A stretch of DNA of 32,000 bases from Megasphaera elsdenii DSM 20460 (lineage in GTDB: Bacteria; Bacillota; Negativicutes; Veillonellales; Megasphaeraceae), in NCBI RefSeq assembly GCF_003010495.1, contig NZ_CP027570.1, positions 540,001 through 572,000 on the forward strand, written 5' to 3'. Below are positions 16,476-23,485 of the stretch, in pieces. The stretch's first letter is position 1; each line of letters starts with the position of its first letter. A program made the translations under genes and the position numbers. The notes beneath the pieces are model-generated. The model saw nothing but the letters and a program-made list of their open reading frames with translations. It was not told the DNA's origin and searched no databases.

Positions 16476-16490
16476 ATAGGAATTTCCTAT
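16476..16490. promoter_or_regulatory. Perfect 7-1-7 palindrome ATAGGAA-T-TTCCTAT containing a T-N11-A LysR-type box
   Basis: Direct reading. It lies in the divergent region between the LysR gene and the permease gene. Confidence 0.3.
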
Positions 16491-16546
16491 AACAATAAGA
16501 TATTTCCTTTAATTTTTTTCTATCTCTTTGCGCTTTTCCATCATAT

Positions 16547-16565
16547 TGAGAATAACTTATTCTCA
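16547..16565. promoter_or_regulatory. Perfect 9-1-9 palindrome TGAGAATAA-C-TTATTCTCA
   Basis: Direct reading. Candidate operator of unknown specificity. Confidence 0.25.
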
Positions 16566-16706
16566 CTTTTCCAGCATAGCCATAAATAACTGTCCTTTCC
16601 AAAAAGTCAAATTTAGATAGATTTTCTTTATATTTTTTATGTCACATCAGAGAGCTTCTTTTCACTTTTTTGCTATTATCTATTCTGTATTTTCATTTTA
16701 AATATT

Positions 16707-16766
16707 CCTTTATTGTATCAAAAAGTCATAACTTTTCCCTATTTTTTTATTTTGATACAATAAAGG
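16707..16766. repeat. Perfect 17-bp inverted repeat CCTTTATTGTATCAAAA / TTTTGATACAATAAAGG with a 26-nt spacer
   Basis: Direct reading (arms 16707-16723 and 16750-16766), about 50 nt upstream of the LysR start codon. Confidence 0.6.
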
Positions 16767-16814
16767 GAGCAGAAACGATTCTATAGGTACCGTTGATATT
16801 CGAGGTGTTTCATT

Positions 16815-17744
16815 ATGACTTTACAGCAACTTCGTTATATCCTAGAGTTATCAAGGCACAATTCCATTTCGGCTGCAGCCCATGCCCTGAACATCTCCCA
16901 GCCCAGCCTGAGCACGGCTATCAAAGATTTGGAAAAAGAGTTTTCCCTGACCCTGGTCGAACGGAACCGCCACGGCATCACCTTCACGCCAGCAGGACTG
17001 GAATTTCTCCATTACGCCGGCCATATCCTGTCCCATGCCGAAGCCATGCACGACCATTTCCAGGCAGAAAAAAAACAGGACCTGCCTCAGGTCCTGTCCA
17101 TTTCATCCCAACACTATCCTTTCGCCGATGAAGCCTTCATCCATGCTCTGCAGCACGTCCCGCCGAACGCGGCCTGCACGTTCACCCTGCGCGAAGGCCG
17201 GACGTCGCAAGTCATCCATGACGTCGTCACCCGCGAAAGCCAGCTGGGCATCCTCTTCTTATCCCACATGAACGCCCGTTTCCTGAAGGACTTGTTCCAC
17301 AAGAATAAGCTGGAATTTACGCCTCTCTGCGCCTTCACGCCCTGTCTCTATGTCCGCAGCGGCCATCCCCTGGCAGAATTTTCTCACGTCGTTCCCGGCC
17401 AATTCAGCAGCTATCCTTGCGTCCGCTTCGAACAAGGTCACGACAAATCGCAGTTTTCCGAAGAACTGCTCCTGCCCAACCGGGCCAGCCGCCAGTGCAT
17501 CTACGTCACCGATCGGTCGACGCTGTTCAGCATCATCCGGGCCACCGACGCCTACACCATCGGTACGGGTCACGCAGCCCCATCCATCATCGGCCGCCAC
17601 CTCGCAGTCATCCCCATCGAAAATCCCCTGGACACGATGACCGTAGGCTGGATCAAGATGGCAGGAGAACCCCTGTCCGAAGAAGCTTCCCACTACATCA
17701 CCATCCTGACGGACTTGTTGAGAGGACGGGAGAATAAGGAATAG
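16815..17744 (+). CDS. LysR-family transcriptional regulator
   Basis: The N-terminal wHTH MTLQQLRYILELSRHNSISAAAHALNISQPSLSTAIKDLE is followed by a substrate-binding-type domain. 309 aa. Confidence 0.9.
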   Translation: MTLQQLRYILELSRHNSISAAAHALNISQPSLSTAIKDLEKEFSLTLVERNRHGITFTPAGLEFLHYAGHILSHAEAMHDHFQAEKKQDLPQVLSISSQHYPFADEAFIHALQHVPPNAACTFTLREGRTSQVIHDVVTRESQLGILFLSHMNARFLKDLFHKNKLEFTPLCAFTPCLYVRSGHPLAEFSHVVPGQFSSYPCVRFEQGHDKSQFSEELLLPNRASRQCIYVTDRSTLFSIIRATDAYTIGTGHAAPSIIGRHLAVIPIENPLDTMTVGWIKMAGEPLSEEASHYITILTDLLRGRENKE

Positions 17745-17799
17745 TGGTTCGTGGTTCGTGGCTCGTGGTTCGTGGCTCGTGGCTCGTGGCTCGTGGCTC
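17744..17799 (+). repeat. Eight tandem heptamers GTGG(T/C)TC
   Basis: GTGGTTC x2, GTGGCTC, GTGGTTC, GTGGCTC x4. The array starts on the G of the LysR TAG stop and continues in phase into GTAATCC GTAGGGG. Confidence 0.95.
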
Positions 17800-17803
17800 G
17801 TAA

Positions 17804-17840
17804 TCCGTAGGGGCCGTCCCAAAGGGCGGCCCGCTTAATT
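17804..17840 (+). repeat. GTAG-headed REP-like hairpin (single copy)
   Basis: TCCGTAGGGGCCGTCCCAAAGGGCGGCCCGCTTAATT. The stem GGGCCG(T)CCC/GGGCGGCCC has the 4th pair changed to C-G relative to the copies at 5341. Confidence 0.85.
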
Positions 17841-17850
17841 ACTTGCAAAC

Positions 17851-17886
17851 AAAAAGGCGCTGTCGCGATGCGACAGCGCCTTTTTT
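17851..17886. terminator. Bidirectional rho-independent terminator shared by the convergent LysR and nifJ genes (TGTCGC core family)
   Basis: AAAAAGGCGCTGTCGC-GAT-GCGACAGCGCCTTTTTT. Confidence 0.9.
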
Positions 17887-17903
17887 CATTTATAACGAAC
17901 TAT

Positions 17904-20900
17904 TTATTTTTCATCATATGCTTTTGTCAGGCGGACATAGCCTTCGTAACGGTCTTTGGCATCTTCTTCGGTCTTTTCGAAGAGAGCTTCTGCCGTATCC
18001 GGGAAGGTGCGCTGCAAGGACGAGAAGCGTGTTTCGCCCATGAGGAAGTCGCGGAAGTTAGCTGTCGGCGGCTTGGAATCAAGGATGAAGGGGTTCTTAC
18101 CCTGTTTCTTCAATTCCGGATTATAGCGCCACAGATGCCAGTAACCGGCTTCGACCGCCCGTTTTTCTTCGAGCTGGCTCTGACCCTGGCCGACTTTCAG
18201 GCCGTGGTTGATGCACGGTGCATAGCCGATGATCAGGGACGGGCCGTTATAGGCTTCTGCTTCTTTGAGGGCCTTCATGAACTGGTTCTTGTCGGCACCC
18301 ATAGCGACTTGAGCGACGTAGATATAACCGTACTGGGCTTCCATCATGCCCAAGTCTTTCTTACGCGTCTTCTTGCCGGACGCAGCGAACTGAGCCACAG
18401 CGGCCGTCGGTGTAGCTTTAGATGCCTGGCCGCCCGTATTGGAGTAGACTTCCGTATCGAAGACCAGGACGTTGACGTCTTCGCCCTGAGCCAGGACGTG
18501 GTCCAGGCCGCCATAACCGATATCGTAAGCCCAGCCGTCGCCGCCGAAGATCCACTGGCTGCGTTTGACCAGGAACTGTTTCATATCATAGACCTGTTCC
18601 AGTGCCGGTTTGCCGTCTTTTTCAGCTTCCAAGAGGGCGATGACTTTATCCGAGCGTTCGCGGGTCCCTTCGCTTTCAGCCTTGTGTTCTTTCCATTCCG
18701 TAAAGGCTGCCTGCAGTTCCGGGCTGGCCACATCCATAGCGGCATCGATGTACTGTTCCAGCAATTTCCGTTCCGTCTTTTCAGCCAGCATCATGCCGAA
18801 GCCATATTCTGCGTTGTCTTCAAAGAGGGACGTCGACCAAGCCGGGCCATGGCCCTGAGCGTTCTTGGTATAGCCGCAGTCCGGTGCACTGCCGCCCCAG
18901 ACGCTGGAGCAGCCGTGAGCGTTGGCAATCATCATGCGGTCGCCGAAGAGCTGGGTGACGACTTTACAATACGGCGTTTCAGCACAGCCTGCGCAAGCGC
19001 CGGTGAATTCGAGGAGCGGCTGTTCGAACTGGCTGCCGATGACAGTATTCTTGTCCATCGGGTTGGCTTTCGCCGGCAAATCGATGACATAATCCCAAAG
19101 AGCGGCTTTGTATTCTTCGTCGTCGAAAGGTTTCATGGTCAAGGCCTGTTTCGGGCAGACATGGGTACAGCTGCCGCAGCCCAGGCAGTCCATGACGGAA
19201 ACGACGATATTGTATTTGTACCCCGGAGCCACTTTGATTTCTTTATCCTGGTAGCCTTTCGGAGCCTTAGCAGCTTCATCGGGCGTCATCAGGAAGGGAC
19301 GGATAGCGGCATGAGGGCAGACGAAGGAACACTGGTTACAGCCGATACATTTTTCAGCATCCCAGCTCGGTACGAACATAGCGACGCCGCGTTTTTCTTC
19401 GGCGCAGGTCCCCGTCGGCCAGCGGCCGTCTTCGATGCCGTCATAAGCGCTGACCGGCAGGTCATCGCCTTCAAGGGCATTGACAGGGATGGAAAATTCG
19501 CGGAAGAATTTCGTATGTTTCGACATATCAACCGGTTCATCGACAGCATCAGCCCAGGCGGCCGGTACATCGACTTTGACGATAGCCGACAGGCCCTGAT
19601 CAATGGCTTCATTGTTCATGTCGACGATGTTCTGGCCTTTCTTGCCATACGATGCGACGACGGATTCTTTCAATTTAGAGATAGCCAGGTCCAAGGGGAT
19701 GACATCTGCCAGTTTGAAGAAGGCCGACTGCATGATCATGTTGATGCGGCCGCCGAGGCCGATTTTCTGAGCAATGCCGACGGCGTCGATGATATAGAAC
19801 TGGACGTCGTTGCGGGCAATGGCACGTTTTAATTTAGCCGGCAGTTTTTCGTCCAGTTCTTCCGGTTTCCAGACCGTGTTGAGCAGGAACGTACCACCCT
19901 TTTTGATGCCCCGCAGGAGGTCGAAGCCATGGACATAGGACTGGCGGTGGCAGGCGATGAAGTCGGCATTATTGATGAGGTACGGCATCTGGATCGGCGT
20001 ATCACCAAAGCGCAGGTGCGATACGGTGACGCCGCCGGATTTCTTGGAGTCATAAGCGAAATATGCCTGGGCATACATGTCAGTGTTATCGCCGATGATC
20101 TTGATGGCACTCTTGTTGGCACCGACCGTACCATCGGAACCGAAGCCCCAGAACTTGCAGGCTTTCAGGCCTTTGCCGCCTGTCGTGATGCCTTTGACGC
20201 GCGGCAGGGATTTATAGGTAACATCATCGACGATGCTCAAGGTGAAGTCGTTCTTCGGTTCAAAGGCCTTGAGGTTTTCAAAGGCAGCGACGACGTCGCC
20301 CGGCAAGAATTCTTTCGATGCGATACCATAACGGCCGTGGTAGACCTTCGGTGCATTGTCAGCTACGGCAAAAGTAGCGGCTACGCTGTGATAGAGCGGT
20401 TCGCCGTTGGCACCGGTTTCTTTCGTGCGGTCCAGGACGGCGATTTTCTTGACCGTATTCGGCAGAGCAGCCAGGAAATGTTTTTCCGACCACGGACGGA
20501 ACATGTGGACGTTGATGCAGCCGACCTTTTCGCCTTTGGCGACGAGCATCTTGACCGTTTCTTCGATGGTCTGGGAACCAGAACCCATGGAAACGAGGAC
20601 AAATTCGGCATCCGGTGCGCCGGTATAATTGAACAGATGGTATTCACGGCCCGTGATTTCGCTGATTTTCTGCATGTAACCTTCGGCGACATCGGGGACG
20701 CGGTCATAGAATTTATTGAGGGCTTCGCGGTGCTGCATAAACGTTTCAGCTGGTTCGCAGAAAGAAATGGCTTCCGGATTATCCGGGTTCATGCCGCGTT
20801 TGCGGAAGGCCCGGACGGCGTCCATATCGAGGAGAGGACGGAGTTTTTCATACGGCAGGACTTCGATTTTCTGGATTTCGTGAGATGTGCGGAAGCCATC

Positions 20901-21416
20901 GAAGAAGTTGATGATCGGGATACGACAGGAAATAGCCGTTGCATGGACGACAGCTGCCAAGTCCATAATTTCCTGGACACTCGATTCACACATCATGCTG
21001 ATGCCCGTGCCGCGCATAGCCATGGCATCGTCATGACCGGCAAAAATCGTATAGCCGTTGGTAGCGACCGTACGGGAGGCGACATGGAAGACGCCGGGCA
21101 GGAGTTCACTAGAAATCTTGAACATGTTGCTGAGCATGATCATCATGCCCTGGGAAGATGTAAAGGTCGTCGTCAAGGCGCCAGTGTTCAAAGCACCGTG
21201 CATGGCACCGGCAGCCCCTTTTTCAGACTGCATTTCCTGAACCTGGACAGTCGTACCGAATAAGTTCTTACGGCCATGGGCGGCCCATTCATCGACGTGT
21301 TCCGCCATCGGCGACGACGGCGTTATCGGGAAGATGGAAGCCAGTTCGGTAAAGGCGTAGGCAATATAAGCCGCAGCTTCGTTGCCGTCCATTGTCTTGA
21401 AAATTTTCTTTGCCAT
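17904..21416 (-). CDS. nifJ: Pyruvate:ferredoxin (flavodoxin) oxidoreductase
   Basis: 1170 aa single-chain PFOR. It has two ferredoxin-type motifs (CIGCNQCSFVCP and CLGCGSCTHVCP) and a TPP-binding GGDGW region. Confidence 0.95.
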   Translation of the reverse strand: MAKKIFKTMDGNEAAAYIAYAFTELASIFPITPSSPMAEHVDEWAAHGRKNLFGTTVQVQEMQSEKGAAGAMHGALNTGALTTTFTSSQGMMIMLSNMFKISSELLPGVFHVASRTVATNGYTIFAGHDDAMAMRGTGISMMCESSVQEIMDLAAVVHATAISCRIPIINFFDGFRTSHEIQKIEVLPYEKLRPLLDMDAVRAFRKRGMNPDNPEAISFCEPAETFMQHREALNKFYDRVPDVAEGYMQKISEITGREYHLFNYTGAPDAEFVLVSMGSGSQTIEETVKMLVAKGEKVGCINVHMFRPWSEKHFLAALPNTVKKIAVLDRTKETGANGEPLYHSVAATFAVADNAPKVYHGRYGIASKEFLPGDVVAAFENLKAFEPKNDFTLSIVDDVTYKSLPRVKGITTGGKGLKACKFWGFGSDGTVGANKSAIKIIGDNTDMYAQAYFAYDSKKSGGVTVSHLRFGDTPIQMPYLINNADFIACHRQSYVHGFDLLRGIKKGGTFLLNTVWKPEELDEKLPAKLKRAIARNDVQFYIIDAVGIAQKIGLGGRINMIMQSAFFKLADVIPLDLAISKLKESVVASYGKKGQNIVDMNNEAIDQGLSAIVKVDVPAAWADAVDEPVDMSKHTKFFREFSIPVNALEGDDLPVSAYDGIEDGRWPTGTCAEEKRGVAMFVPSWDAEKCIGCNQCSFVCPHAAIRPFLMTPDEAAKAPKGYQDKEIKVAPGYKYNIVVSVMDCLGCGSCTHVCPKQALTMKPFDDEEYKAALWDYVIDLPAKANPMDKNTVIGSQFEQPLLEFTGACAGCAETPYCKVVTQLFGDRMMIANAHGCSSVWGGSAPDCGYTKNAQGHGPAWSTSLFEDNAEYGFGMMLAEKTERKLLEQYIDAAMDVASPELQAAFTEWKEHKAESEGTRERSDKVIALLEAEKDGKPALEQVYDMKQFLVKRSQWIFGGDGWAYDIGYGGLDHVLAQGEDVNVLVFDTEVYSNTGGQASKATPTAAVAQFAASGKKTRKKDLGMMEAQYGYIYVAQVAMGADKNQFMKALKEAEAYNGPSLIIGYAPCINHGLKVGQGQSQLEEKRAVEAGYWHLWRYNPELKKQGKNPFILDSKPPTANFRDFLMGETRFSSLQRTFPDTAEALFEKTEEDAKDRYEGYVRLTKAYDEK

Positions 21417-21558
21417 AGTACTTGTTCCCCTTTCTGTAAAACCTGATAAATGAAAGAATCCGTGTACACTTAGGAGTCATCTGATAGATTGCGCAGATAA
21501 AATCATCATTTTCCACTATGTGACTAAGGTATTTTCTAGATGACTATTTGTTATCTTC

Positions 21559-21587
21559 ATTGTACTATTTCGAAAAAATTTATGCAA
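21559..21587 (-). promoter_or_regulatory. Candidate nifJ promoter
   Basis: On the minus strand: -35 TTGCAT (21587-21582), 17-nt spacer, -10 TACAAT (21564-21559). This implies a 5' UTR of about 140 nt. Confidence 0.45.
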
Positions 21588-21659
21588 GGCCTTTCTAGTA
21601 AAACGTTCATCTTATGCCGATTTTGTCTAAAAGCGTGAATATTCATGAAAAAGAGTCAT

Positions 21660-21696
21660 AAAAAAAGGCGCTGTCTGCAAGAGACAACGCCTTTTT
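21660..21696 (-). terminator. Rho-independent terminator (TGTC core family)
   Basis: A7-GGCGCTGTCT-GCAA-GAGACAACGCC-TTTTT (one mismatch in the stem). Confidence 0.8.
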
Positions 21697-21698
21697 AA

Positions 21699-21770
21699 GT
21701 TTGAAGTTAAAAGTTTGATGTTTGATGTAATCCGTTTTTAAATTTAAAAATCGTCGCTTCAAACATCGAG
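21699..21770. repeat. 7-nt-period array plus TTTAAATTTAAA core
   Basis: GTTTGAA GTTAAAA GTTTGAT GTTTGAT GTAATCC GTTTTTA, then AAATTTAAAAA, then a partial inverted arm (CTTCAAACATC). Confidence 0.75.
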
Positions 21771-21773
21771 CCC

Positions 21774-22205
21774 TTACGCCCAGATGGATTTCATGAGCTC
21801 TTTGTACGATTCGCCGAGGTGGCGGATGATGACGTCGAACATGGCGTAAATCAAATCACCATCGACTTCATCGTCTTTAAGGAGGACGCACGTGTCGAGG
21901 ATGAGGTTGCCTTCATCGTCGATGTAGTATTTAAAGGATTTGTACTGCTTATTGTACGTGTTGAGCAGCTTGAGGACAGCCGCTTCATTGTCATCGTGCA
22001 GGACCTTCGGTGCTACCAGGACGCGGATCATGCCGTAAATGCTGGTATCGAGGATGACGATGAGGGGCAGGCGGTTGCCGTTGATGTCAGCAGCCGACCG
22101 GAAGACGACCGTCTGGAACTGGTCATCTTTGATTTCATCGACCGTAAAGGCTTTGATTTCTTTTTCGTCGAGATATTTTTTAAAGTTTTCAGCTTTCTTG
22201 TTCAT
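21774..22205 (-). CDS. Small acidic hypothetical protein, YbjN-like (putative sensory transduction regulator / chaperone-like fold)
   Basis: 143 aa. Overall pattern resemblance only. Codon usage is native-like, and SD AAAGGAG precedes the start. Confidence 0.45.
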   Translation of the reverse strand: MNKKAENFKKYLDEKEIKAFTVDEIKDDQFQTVVFRSAADINGNRLPLIVILDTSIYGMIRVLVAPKVLHDDNEAAVLKLLNTYNKQYKSFKYYIDDEGNLILDTCVLLKDDEVDGDLIYAMFDVIIRHLGESYKELMKSIWA

Positions 22206-22245
22206 TGGAAAACACTCCTTTTTTTACAAATAACGCTTCGATTTT

Positions 22246-22275
22246 ATTATACCCCATTTTTATAACGTTTGTCAT
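22246..22275 (-). promoter_or_regulatory. Candidate promoter for the YbjN-like gene
   Basis: On the minus strand: -35 ATGACA, 18-nt spacer, -10 TATAAT. Confidence 0.45.
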
Positions 22276-22278
22276 AAG

Positions 22279-22311
22279 AAAAAGGCTCGCCGCTATGCAG
22301 CAAGCCTTTTT
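22279..22311 (-). terminator. Rho-independent terminator after the glutathione peroxidase gene
   Basis: On the minus strand: AAAAAGGCTTGC-TGCATAGCG-GCGAGCCTTTTT (one G-U pair). Confidence 0.75.
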
Positions 22312-22315
22312 CTTA

Positions 22316-22867
22316 TTAGGAGAGGAGTAGTTTTTCGAGGATCGGGTCTAATTCTTCCGGTGTCGTGCTGGGTTCAAAGCGCTGGACCTGACTGCCGTCC
22401 CGGTTGATGAGGAATTTAGTGAAATTCCATTTGATGCCGTTGCCCTGGGCATTGTCCGGATAGTGTTCGGAAACGACCTTCTGGATGAGCTGGCCGCTTT
22501 CTTTATCCGTTTCGTAGCCTTTGAAGGGTGCGGCTTCTGTAAGGTATTGGTACAAAGGTGCTGCCTGGTCACCGCGGACGTCGATCTTGGCGAAGAGCGG
22601 GAAGGTGACGCCGTGGTTGAGGCGGCAGAACTGTTCGATGTGCTGGTTGTCTTCCGGATCCTGTTCCAGGAACTGGTTGCACGGGAAGCCGAGGATGACC
22701 AGGCCTTTATCCTTATATTTCTGATATAAGGCTTCCAGGCCGTCGTATTGCGGCGTGAAGCCACATTTGCTGGCTGTATTGACGATGAGCAGGACCTTAT
22801 CTTTATACTGGCTCAGGGATACATCGTGTCCCTGGATATCTTTGACCGTGAAATCGTATACGTTCAT
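22316..22867 (-). CDS. Glutathione peroxidase family protein (Cys type)
   Basis: The NTASKCGFTPQY and GFPCNQF motifs and the WNFTKFL motif are present. 183 aa. Confidence 0.9.
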   Translation of the reverse strand: MNVYDFTVKDIQGHDVSLSQYKDKVLLIVNTASKCGFTPQYDGLEALYQKYKDKGLVILGFPCNQFLEQDPEDNQHIEQFCRLNHGVTFPLFAKIDVRGDQAAPLYQYLTEAAPFKGYETDKESGQLIQKVVSEHYPDNAQGNGIKWNFTKFLINRDGSQVQRFEPSTTPEELDPILEKLLLS

Positions 22868-22885
22868 GACGGGCCTCCTTCGGAC

Positions 22886-23338
22886 TTATAATTCGTGGAT
22901 GACGCAGCCGCCAAATTCTGGCGAGCAAGTAGCGCCATCGAGGGACGGAGCTTCTTTGACGGCGAATGATTCTTTCCACAGGCCGTGGAGATTGCAATAT
23001 GCATAGACTTCACCGGCATCGCCCGTTTCAAATTCAGCCTTCGGTTCTTCACCGGGTTTCAGGTAGCGGATGTCGACGCCGTTGTCATCGACGAGGGCAA
23101 TCCATTCGATGTAATGCTTTTCTTCCATCGGGTGTGTCACCGAACCGACATGGACTTCCAAGTGGCCATCGATTTTCTGGATAGCCGGTACGTGTTTTTC
23201 TTTAGCTGCGTCGACAGTGTCGGCGACGAGATGAGTCAATTCCTGGCCGGCATAGATGAGTTTTTCCGGTACTTGCGTGCCTACAGATACTAAAACGCTG
23301 CCATCTTTATCGTTACGGTAAAATTCTACGTGTTTCAT
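22886..23338 (-). CDS. Superoxide reductase (desulfoferrodoxin/neelaredoxin family) with a Cys-less N-terminal domain and a C-terminal extension
   Basis: Center II ligand motifs EKHVP, HPMEEKHYIEWI and YCNLHGLW are present. The N-terminal 45 aa have no Cys. 27 residues follow the GLW, including CSPEFGGC. Confidence 0.85.
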   Translation of the reverse strand: MKHVEFYRNDKDGSVLVSVGTQVPEKLIYAGQELTHLVADTVDAAKEKHVPAIQKIDGHLEVHVGSVTHPMEEKHYIEWIALVDDNGVDIRYLKPGEEPKAEFETGDAGEVYAYCNLHGLWKESFAVKEAPSLDGATCSPEFGGCVIHEL

Positions 23339-23433
23339 ATGGGTTCCTCCTTTGGGGCCTGGCCCCTAACTAAGGTACAATCTATATATGAGAAGTTATT
23401 TCTTAATTAATAATTGTTTTTCTTTATGTGCTC

Positions 23434-23462
23434 ATTATAGACTAAATCGGTACACTTGTCAA
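23434..23462 (-). promoter_or_regulatory. Perfect consensus promoter upstream of the SOR gene
   Basis: On the minus strand: TTGACA (23462-23457), 17-nt spacer, TATAAT (23439-23434). Confidence 0.7.
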
Positions 23463-23485
23463 TAACGGAGAACGATTATTTTTTA

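Noticed and set aside
16371-16589. 72-aa plus-strand ORF in the AT-rich divergent region.
   Set aside because: It has no SD, an extreme AT composition giving a translation rich in F, I, L, N and K, and it spans two perfect palindromes that look like operators. It is most likely non-coding.
17744-17799. Chi-like reading of the heptad arrays. GCTCGTGG here and GCTAGTGG at 14826 differ from the E. coli Chi GCTGGTGG at a single position.
   Set aside because: The Chi sequence of this lineage is unknown. Other arrays of the same architecture (GTTTGAT, CGTGAAC types) lack the word. Tandem Chi arrays in both orientations would have no known function.
17259-17822. 187-aa minus ORF beginning with the repeat TSHEPRATSHEPRATNHEP.
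   Set aside because: The 7-aa peptide repeat is the three-frame read-through of the 7-nt DNA repeat (3 x 7 nt = 21 nt). The remainder is antisense to the LysR gene.
21475-21545. Inverted repeat AGTCATCTG / TAGATGACT, with a third GTGACT word, in the putative nifJ 5' UTR. I considered it as a regulator site or RNA structure.
   Set aside because: It has only 8 paired positions, no match to a Rex or other box I can recall, and the promoter assignment itself is uncertain.
23380-23425. AT-rich words (AATTATTAATTAAG) in the SOR 5' UTR, considered as a PerR/Fur-type box.
   Set aside because: It is not a 7-1-7 inverted repeat matching TTATAAT-N-ATTATAA. Only the internal TTAATTAA is palindromic.
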